In this document: positions 57,098 to 64,000 of the stretch, piece after piece
Layout: each line of letters starts with the position of its first letter
Numbering within the stretch: the stretch's first letter is position 1
Assembly: GCA_020697715.1 (NCBI GenBank)
Contig: JAEHCO010000004.1
Span: 97,765-161,764 of the forward strand
DNA: 64,000 nucleotides
From: Methanobacteriota archaeon
GTDB taxonomy: Archaea; Thermoplasmatota; Thermoplasmata; SG8-5; JAGLSY01
Reading direction: 5' to 3'
Program-made: the position numbers and the translations under genes
Notes under the pieces: generated by a model
Databases searched by the model: none
Seen by the model: the letters and a program-made list of their open reading frames with translations, nothing else
What the model was told of the DNA's origin: nothing

Positions 57098-58795
57098 ATG
57101 AGCAATTGTTCGAATTGTGGATCTCAGACCCGTTATGTTCAAGAATCGAATCAATATTGGTGCGACAACTGCCGCATTTATATTCAGCCTCAGGCACCGG
57201 GTCATCAACCGGCACCAGCTACACCTGCTGCGCCTCCTGAGCCTGTTGCACCTACTGCGCCCCAGCAAAACCAATATGGCCAGCAGCCATCTCAGAATTA
57301 TCAACAACCTCCCCAGCAAGGCCAATCACAGCAATACGGTGCCCCCCAACAAGGACAGTACCCCCCTCAAGGCCAACCACCTCGCAATGCCGCTCCTGAT
57401 CTGACCAAGCTACCGATAATGATGATCATTGGTTTCATCGTGGGATTCTTATTCGGTCCCTTCATAGGGATCATAGCGGTCATCATCACAGGTTTCATTT
57501 TATTCAAGATAAAGAATCCGAACAAAAGTCCAGTCCCGAGCCAGGATGCCATGCCAGACTTTGTCACATCTCTTTTCAAAGTGATAGGGCGAATCATGGT
57601 CATCATGATGCTCTCCCTACCAATTGCCTCTGCAGGATTGATCATGGCCAATTTCCGCAATCCAGATACCCTCATAAAATATGTGAGCGTGATCATCGCA
57701 GACCCATCTAATATCACATTCACTACCGGTCTATTCCCGGGAATGCCTCTGATGATGCTCGGAGGGATCATACTCATAATCATGGGTATTTTGATCCCGG
57801 AGAAATTATTAGCTGATAAGATGAAATGGCTGTTCCAAGTATTGGGTATGGCGATCATCACGGTAACTCCGATCATCAGTTTCTTTGCCTTTGATAGCTT
57901 CATGGACTTCTCTTGGGGCTATGGCATTGTTTTCTATCTGGGATGGATAGGTGTTGTTATTCAACTCATTGCCCCGATGATCGGTAAAAATATCAATCCA
58001 TCAACTCCCGCACCTCCGCCCCAATATGCGACATATGCTCTTCTGGCTGTATTCGCCACTCCGATCCTGGCCAGTATCTCCACTTCTCCCTCACCAGAGG
58101 ATACAAAAGCTGCCGCCCACTTCTTCGAGATCCTACACCACGGATTTGCCAGTGGTATCGGAGCATTGATAGCCGGTCTTGGTGGACCGCCCATGGCGGA
58201 GGAACTCATCGAGGACAAATCCACAATACTTGAATTAACATATCCAGCAGGCAGAAGTCCATCTGTCTTCACAACTGGCTGGGTATTCGGAGCTCGTGCT
58301 GTGATCAATGTAGGAGGCGAAAATGAACAAGATGTCAGCCATCTTGTAAAATGGTCTGGCTCTGGGAGTTTCAACCCCTCTGTCGGGAATCGCTCCCGCC
58401 CAACACTCGGCATGGGTGGAAATAATATCATCCTGGAGATCAAGGTCGGGGAAACACATGTTAGAAAAACATTCCATGTCAATGCGGTGACCAACAGACT
58501 GCATGCGGCTGTTGGTGACAATGTCTTTTGCCCGGCAGATTCTCATGGTTGCCCTGCCTGTCCCCACCCAGTAAATGGCCTGATCGCCACGGGTAGCCCT
58601 AATGTGCTCATCAATGGAAAACCAGCAGCCAGGGTTGGTGACGGGGGCACACATGCAGCTTGTTGTGGTCCAAATTCATTCACCATTGTCGGTAGCTCAT
58701 CCCAAGTCGTGATCGATGGCCGAAGGGCAGTTAAAATGGGAGACGCAACACAACACTGCGGTGGAACTGGCTACATAAATAAAGGTGCACCCTGA
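57098..58795 (+). CDS. Polytopic membrane protein with N-terminal Zn ribbon, P/Q-rich linker and C-terminal PAAR domain
   Basis: CSNC...WCDNC; multiple TMs; HGCPACPH...GSPNVLINGKPAARVGD...HCGG. Confidence 0.85.
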   Translation: MSNCSNCGSQTRYVQESNQYWCDNCRIYIQPQAPGHQPAPATPAAPPEPVAPTAPQQNQYGQQPSQNYQQPPQQGQSQQYGAPQQGQYPPQGQPPRNAAPDLTKLPIMMIIGFIVGFLFGPFIGIIAVIITGFILFKIKNPNKSPVPSQDAMPDFVTSLFKVIGRIMVIMMLSLPIASAGLIMANFRNPDTLIKYVSVIIADPSNITFTTGLFPGMPLMMLGGIILIIMGILIPEKLLADKMKWLFQVLGMAIITVTPIISFFAFDSFMDFSWGYGIVFYLGWIGVVIQLIAPMIGKNINPSTPAPPPQYATYALLAVFATPILASISTSPSPEDTKAAAHFFEILHHGFASGIGALIAGLGGPPMAEELIEDKSTILELTYPAGRSPSVFTTGWVFGARAVINVGGENEQDVSHLVKWSGSGSFNPSVGNRSRPTLGMGGNNIILEIKVGETHVRKTFHVNAVTNRLHAAVGDNVFCPADSHGCPACPHPVNGLIATGSPNVLINGKPAARVGDGGTHAACCGPNSFTIVGSSSQVVIDGRRAVKMGDATQHCGGTGYINKGAP

Positions 58796-59664
58796 TGCTT
58801 ATCAAGCTTCTAGAAAAGATCCAGCTAGTATGTCCACAATGCCGCGACCCAGCCAAAGACATGTATTCCATATTGGCAATGAATGATATCGATGAGATAT
58901 CCAGTGAGCATGTCATGACCGGAGATCTTAAATGCCCAGATTGTGGCTCCAAATACCCCATAATTGGAGGGGTGCCATGCATCCTCAAGGACATTGATAT
59001 TTGGCAGGCCAAGGTGAATGAAGAACCTGATCCAGATCCCGTGACAAAGATATTCAATGAATTTCATTATGGTAAATTAGAAGACCTTCAAGATTGGCCA
59101 GATGATCAAAGATATTGGTCTGCCTTAAAGGAGCTATCAAAAGGCAATTATCTCAATTCCCTTGATCTTGGCTGTTCCGTGGGCCGCCACACATTTGAGC
59201 TGGCCGAGATGTCTGATACGACCCTGGGAATAGATCTTCGACTTTCTTCTTTGAAACTGGCAGTCATTAGGCAGATCGAGCATGATGTCACCAATATTCT
59301 ATTCATAGCTGCGGATGCCCTCGATCCGCCGCTCATTGCTGGCATGTTTGATCATGCCAGTGCCTTGAACCTCCTGGACAATGTCAGATACCCCCTGACA
59401 TTGATGGGGCAGATGAACGCTCTGCTCAAACCCGATGGACAAATGCTTCTGGCCACCCCATATGCGTGGCAAGAGAATATCACACCATCCGAAGAATGGC
59501 TCACCCCTGATGATGTCATCGGAGCTTTGAGAGGTTCCACCCTCCCGCAATGTGGATTTTCTTACAATATACTGGCTGAGGAAGATCAAGGATGGACATT
59601 ACGGAATAATGAGAGACAATACAGCCATTACATATCGCATATCGTGAAGGCGAAAAAGAATTGA
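58795..59664 (+). CDS. Class I SAM methyltransferase with Trm112-like Zn-binding N-domain
   Basis: LVCPQC...LKCPDC..YPIIGGVP; LDLGCSVGR; ADA; LKPDG. Confidence 0.85.
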   Translation: MLIKLLEKIQLVCPQCRDPAKDMYSILAMNDIDEISSEHVMTGDLKCPDCGSKYPIIGGVPCILKDIDIWQAKVNEEPDPDPVTKIFNEFHYGKLEDLQDWPDDQRYWSALKELSKGNYLNSLDLGCSVGRHTFELAEMSDTTLGIDLRLSSLKLAVIRQIEHDVTNILFIAADALDPPLIAGMFDHASALNLLDNVRYPLTLMGQMNALLKPDGQMLLATPYAWQENITPSEEWLTPDDVIGALRGSTLPQCGFSYNILAEEDQGWTLRNNERQYSHYISHIVKAKKN

Positions 59665-60930
59665 TCATATGATGGAATTCGATGTCGAAACATGACCATC
59701 GGCCTTCTCGCACACCTTCTCCCAGTCATTTTCAGATATGGAACCATCCAGTAGCAAATGCTCTTCTCTATTCCCAAAGTGCAATCTGCTCCAGTTCACA
59801 TCTCTTGAGACCGTTCCCCTTTTCTCCGCAATGTCCCACCACGAGGTTCCAGGGAAGGGTGTGGCTGTGAACCACCAGAATCCACCTTTGTGCCTTCCAT
59901 TCCTCTTCTCATCTATCAGATATTCCATGAACTTCATGGTCATATCCATATCATGAAGTGTCTCATCAGGCATTCCTAAGATGAAAGACCCATTAAGGCT
60001 CATGTCAAATTCATGAGCCAGCTCGACCAGTGTCTTGTTCCTCTCTACATTAGCTCCTCTGCCCTTGACCTTGGCCAGCATTCTGTCACTACCGCTCTCG
60101 AAGCCAGTGTTCCATGACACGGTTCCAAGACCCTTGAAAGCCTCGGCCAGCTCCCGGTTCATTGATAAACTTGCAACATTGACATAGAATTTCAGGTCAG
60201 TGATCTCACGGCTTTCAAGCTCCTCCGATATGTCCCAAACCCTTCGAGGGTCGAATATACAATCATCCCAAAACATTATGGAATGTGCCTCCAGCTTATC
60301 GACCGCATATTGGATTTGATCTCCCACGAATTCTACTGGATGATCAACATGCTCCCGCCTCATGTTCTTGCTGTAGCAAAAAGAACAATCATAAGGGCAG
60401 CCTTTGGATGTGAACATCCCAACTATCCCTTTACTGTATGATCCTGGAGCATGGATATCCAGCTTGGGAACTGGTATTGAACTGGCCAATATATTTTCCG
60501 ATGGATTCATTGTCCCATCCGGCAGGCATATTCCTCCTATGTCATCAAGATCCCTCATACTTGATGCTTTGATGATCTGGCTTAATACATTCTCTCCATC
60601 ACCCAAGACGCCTGCATGAAAAACAGGGTCAAGAGACCAGGGGGCGCTGGTGATATGAACCCCACCGATTATCCGAATGATTCTGGGATCGATCTGTTCG
60701 ACCAATTCCATCATCCTGATCGCCTCAGGGTATGTATGGGTGTAGGAAGTCACCCCTACGATATCGGGTTTGAAGACCTTGACCACATTAGCCAGATCCT
60801 CACCCGGAAGCAACACTCTCACCTTGCAAGCATCCTCCACATAGGTGGCAAGAGATGCTAAACTATGCAATGCGGGACCGGTATCGGTCAGAGCATAGGG
60901 GGCTATCAAAAGCAGGCGCTTCTGGTCCAT
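59665..60930 (-). CDS. Cobalamin-binding radical SAM protein
   Basis: PDIVGVT...IIGGVH B12 domain; TSKGCPYDCSFC; GFESGS; FILGMPDET; PFPGT. Confidence 0.9.
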   Translation of the reverse strand: MDQKRLLLIAPYALTDTGPALHSLASLATYVEDACKVRVLLPGEDLANVVKVFKPDIVGVTSYTHTYPEAIRMMELVEQIDPRIIRIIGGVHITSAPWSLDPVFHAGVLGDGENVLSQIIKASSMRDLDDIGGICLPDGTMNPSENILASSIPVPKLDIHAPGSYSKGIVGMFTSKGCPYDCSFCYSKNMRREHVDHPVEFVGDQIQYAVDKLEAHSIMFWDDCIFDPRRVWDISEELESREITDLKFYVNVASLSMNRELAEAFKGLGTVSWNTGFESGSDRMLAKVKGRGANVERNKTLVELAHEFDMSLNGSFILGMPDETLHDMDMTMKFMEYLIDEKRNGRHKGGFWWFTATPFPGTSWWDIAEKRGTVSRDVNWSRLHFGNREEHLLLDGSISENDWEKVCEKADGHVSTSNSII

Positions 60931-61175
60931 GCTTATGAATCAGATGATAGATAGAAATAGTTATTGTTCGAGGTGATAACAAAAATACCCACTTACTGGT
61001 CACTTTTGCTCATTTTAGTTATGAACTTTGACCACTCTATATTGAATTAGACTTCATGAGGGCTCCCAAAGCCCGACTTTGGGATATGAGCCCTTATTGA
61101 ATCCAACCCAAGCAAATACCGCAGTATCGTGGCTTGGGGATGATTCAACAAAAGAGGTCGAGGATGTGAAGAAAA

Positions 61176-61493
61176 ATGACAATGAAAAATGACAAGACGG
61201 CCAGAAAAGTGAACATAGATATGAATGGAACAAAATTCCTACTCGCCATATTCGTGGTGGCTTCCTTAATGCTCCTCGGAGCTGGAACATTGGCAGCAAG
61301 CCAGAACCACGAGGTAAATGACACGGCAAGAGCACCACCTTTGGGGTATTACACAATGGCCGGACCAGATGGAATTTCAATTCGTAACACAAACACGCAA
61401 GTAGATCCAATAACTGAATTGCCTCCAGTAAAGGAATTCACAACAAACGAAGGCGGATTATCTGGATTCTCAAGCGGTATCAGCCACGTTTAA
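61176..61493 (+). CDS. Small secreted/membrane protein 2 ending GGLSGFSSGISHV
   Basis: MTMK start, basic n-region, hydrophobic helix, TLA-A cleavage-like site; T-rich tract after the stop. Confidence 0.72.
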   Translation: MTMKNDKTARKVNIDMNGTKFLLAIFVVASLMLLGAGTLAASQNHEVNDTARAPPLGYYTMAGPDGISIRNTNTQVDPITELPPVKEFTTNEGGLSGFSSGISHV

Positions 61494-61558
61494 GACTGAT
61501 ACCGTTTTGTTTTTATTTATTTCATTAAAGCCGAACCAAAATCCTAATAAGTTGGTTC

Positions 61559-62194
61559 ATGGTTGTACATAATATGACTGATAAAGCAAAGGATAAGCTT
61601 GAGCCCATTGTCTGGGTAGGCGCGGGATTGCTGATGACAGGTATTGTCCTTGCCTGGTACAATCTCATTATGTTCGACATCGGACCTCTCAATGTCTGGT
61701 TGGACAATAGCATATACAGATACCTGGCTTTTATCCCCGCTTTTATGAGCTTACTGCCCTGGATGAACGCGGTCTTCAATAAACAACCAATTTGCCTGAG
61801 AAACTCTGGCATATTCCTGTGCATGACACTCATTCTCCCCAGCATGGTCCTGGGAATTATCGCGATAATCATCGTCTATGGAAGAGGAATAGCGGGCTCC
61901 ACCACCAAAGAAGAAGGAAAGGCCGCCCTAGAATTCTCACTGTCCAGGACATGCGAAGGTGATGCTTTCGATACCTTTCCAAGATCCACATTGAGGATAG
62001 ACATCGAGAAAGCTCTGGCCATCCTAAAGGCCAGAGATTACACCGAACTTTCGAACTCAGATAATATGTGCGAAGTGGAGAAGGACGGAATGGAGATCAC
62101 CGTATTCTCAAGTGGCAGACTTCTTGTCGGATCTCCGGACTTTGATATCGCAAGCAAGACAGCGACGACGATCTATGAGATGATCGTCGAGTAG
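61559..62194 (+). CDS. Hypothetical membrane protein with soluble C-terminal domain
   Basis: Three TMs, then an alpha/beta domain (ITVFSSGRLLV). Confidence 0.7.
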   Translation: MVVHNMTDKAKDKLEPIVWVGAGLLMTGIVLAWYNLIMFDIGPLNVWLDNSIYRYLAFIPAFMSLLPWMNAVFNKQPICLRNSGIFLCMTLILPSMVLGIIAIIIVYGRGIAGSTTKEEGKAALEFSLSRTCEGDAFDTFPRSTLRIDIEKALAILKARDYTELSNSDNMCEVEKDGMEITVFSSGRLLVGSPDFDIASKTATTIYEMIVE

Positions 62195-62452
62195 CTGGAC
62201 ATATACCACTTTGTATTATGAGTTATTCGCACTCACATTATTTTTATTTGTAATTTCACATAATTATGAAAATAAAAAGCCACACATCCCATACTTTCAT
62301 CTTTCACATTAGGGAGTATTAGATGAAATATAGGGTTCTATGGTGTTATTGTTTTGGAAGGAGTTCACACGCCATACACAACCCACACACCTCATGAATT
62401 CCCACCACAACCCTTATCTGCCTTCCCCGAATTATCCAATTGGAGATTCAAA

Positions 62453-63214
62453 TTGTTTTCAAAAGCAATGGTCAAGACCCCATGCAGGAACATGGCGAAG
62501 GGGATAACCACAGCAGGACTTGGCAAGCCAAATTATGAGCTTGCCATGAAGCAGCATTCGAATTATGTCCAAGCACTGAAAGATATAGGGCTTGAGGTAA
62601 TTGTTCTCAAGGCAGACGATGATCATCCAGACTCGACATTTATCGAAGATACCTGTTTAATGACACCAAAATGTGCGATCATCACAAACCCTGGCTCCCC
62701 TTTAAGAAGAAACGAGATCCATGATATTGATGAAGCCGTAAAGCACCTGGGTCTGAATGTCGAGTACATCAAAGACCCTGGCACTCTTGATGCCGGAGAT
62801 ATAATGATGGTGGGAGATCATTATTTTGTAGGGCTGTCCGAAAGAACGAATATTGAGGGTGCCAGGCAGTTGAATGCCATATTGGAGAATTATGGCATGA
62901 GCTCATCGACGATAGATCTTGAGAATGTCCTCCACCTGAAAACCGGAATATCATATCTTGAAAATAACAATTTACTGGCTACTGGCGAGTTCTTGACAAA
63001 GCAAGAGCTTCAGACATTCAATATCCTGAAAGTGGATGCGGATGAAGCTTATGCTGCCAATTCGGTCTGGATCAATGATCATGTTCTTGTACCAGCGGGA
63101 TTTCCAAGAACAAAGAAAATGATCCAAGGCGCAGGCTATAAGATCATCGAATTGGATGTTTCTGAATTTAGAAAATTGGATGGGGGCCTGAGCTGTCTAT
63201 CATTGAGATTTTAA
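62453..63214 (+). CDS. Dimethylarginine dimethylaminohydrolase / amidinotransferase family protein
   Basis: PDSTFIEDT, LDAGD, RTN, LHLK, DGGLSCLS catalytic Cys; TTG start after GGAG. Confidence 0.92.
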   Translation: MFSKAMVKTPCRNMAKGITTAGLGKPNYELAMKQHSNYVQALKDIGLEVIVLKADDDHPDSTFIEDTCLMTPKCAIITNPGSPLRRNEIHDIDEAVKHLGLNVEYIKDPGTLDAGDIMMVGDHYFVGLSERTNIEGARQLNAILENYGMSSSTIDLENVLHLKTGISYLENNNLLATGEFLTKQELQTFNILKVDADEAYAANSVWINDHVLVPAGFPRTKKMIQGAGYKIIELDVSEFRKLDGGLSCLSLRF

Positions 63215-63305
63215 TTCAATGATGGTTCATACGCCATACCCCCACACAAGGTGAGGAATTACCATATACAACCTATCTTCCACCTGATCTCACGCATCTC
63301 GAATC

Positions 63306-63449
63306 TCAGAAAGTTTGATCCCCCTGCCCTTCGCTTGGCTCAGACAGGGTTCCAAATATCAGAGCACTCTGTGACTGTCACTTGAATCCTCATCGAATAT
63401 AAGACCCCGCCCTCCAGCTGAAAGAATACTGTCATTCAGACGGGGCATG
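63306..63449 (-). ncRNA. Structured element, copy B (homolog of 18664-18786)
   Basis: Shared blocks CATGCCCCGTCTG, AGGGCGGGGT, GTGACA, GTGCTCTGATATT.GGAACCC, GGGGGATCAAACTTTCTGA. Confidence 0.55.
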
Positions 63450-63505
63450 ACTTTGCATTACCCGCATTTTCATTTTTTTTACGACCAGAGCTAAAGCTGG
63501 TCGTT

Positions 63506-63547
63506 TTAAAAAATAGAAAATGGACCCCTCGGCCAAAGCCGAGGGGT
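63506..63547 (-). terminator. Terminator of the 23S transcript
   Basis: ACCCCTCGGC-tttg-GCCGAGGGGT followed on the minus strand by TTTTCTATTTTTT. Confidence 0.75.
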
Positions 63548-63611
63548 ATGGGAAATGCCATATACAACCTGTATAACGGACAAGCCGAAACTGTTAAGCG
63601 TCAAGTATATT

Positions 63612-64000
63612 GTGACTAATGACTGTTAGTGACGGACGGACTGAATACCTCGGGCGAACCCTCGGTACTTACATCCCCGCTCTATCAAACTTATCTTCTA
63701 TAAGTGTCAATGTTGCCTCGTTTCAGGGTAAACTTCGAGCTTAGATGCTTTCAGCTCTTATCCCTTATGGCGTGGCTGCCCAGCAATGCCTTGTCAGACA
63801 ACTGGTAAACTAGAGGCCACGAAGCCCCGTTCCTCTCGTACTAAAGGCTCCTTCCCTTCAGGCAACAAACACTTCCACCAAAAAGCAAAATACCTGTCTC
63901 ACGACGGTATAAACCCAGCTCACGATCCCTTTTAATGGGCGAACAACCCCACCCTTGGCAGCTGCTGCACCGCCAGGATAGGAAGAACCGACATCGAAGT
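63612..64000 (-). rRNA. 23S rRNA, 3' end (partial; 3' boundary approximate)
   Basis: Reverse complements of conserved LSU motifs: peptidyl-transferase region (CGATGTCGG, GAGCTGGGTTTATACCGTCGTGAGACAGGT), sarcin-ricin loop AGTACGAGAGGAAC, GCTGAAAGCATCTAAG. Confidence 0.98.

Noticed and set aside
63311-63343. AGTTTGATCC...TGGCTCAG resembling the bacterial 16S 5' end
   Set aside because: Interrupted by extra bases, no further 16S similarity, and part of the two-copy element.
63214-63612. 5S rRNA or tRNA after the 23S gene
   Set aside because: No 5S consensus or cloverleaf; a terminator follows the 23S directly.

Overview
Archaeal chromosomal window, most likely an uncultured Thermoplasmata lineage. 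This is inferred from aIF5B, eS8-SRP19, archaeal Ogg, GGTGA/GGAGG ribosome-binding sites and a 23S rRNA 3' end with no 5S behind it. Routine content includes housekeeping genes (infB, rps8e, srp19, fhs, purD, xseAB, rsgA, a DEAD-box helicase), a metal-homeostasis region (two CDFs, ZIP plus a NikR-like regulator, CopZ, CopA), large secreted proteins, tRNA-Pro(CGG) with an adjacent AT-rich islet, and the 23S rRNA end. Six observations stand out. (1) One longin-like domain occurs three times: as the cytoplasmic tail of a single-pass surface protein next to a Rab-like GTPase, and inserted inside two STAND-ATPase/TPR proteins. (2) A ~95-bp hairpin element occurs twice, each time between a gene's stop codon and a conservatively diverged duplicate of that gene's 3' end. 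(3) A two-copy structured element with a compensatory base change lies in the copA leader and downstream of 23S. (4) Two small secreted proteins share a C-terminal GxSGxSSGxxHV motif and bracket GNAT, PAAR, methyltransferase and B12 radical-SAM genes. (5) A polytopic membrane protein ends in a PAAR domain. (6) There are unannotated mini-ORFs, including a leader peptide before rsgA. All assignments were made by eye from motifs; no searches were run.
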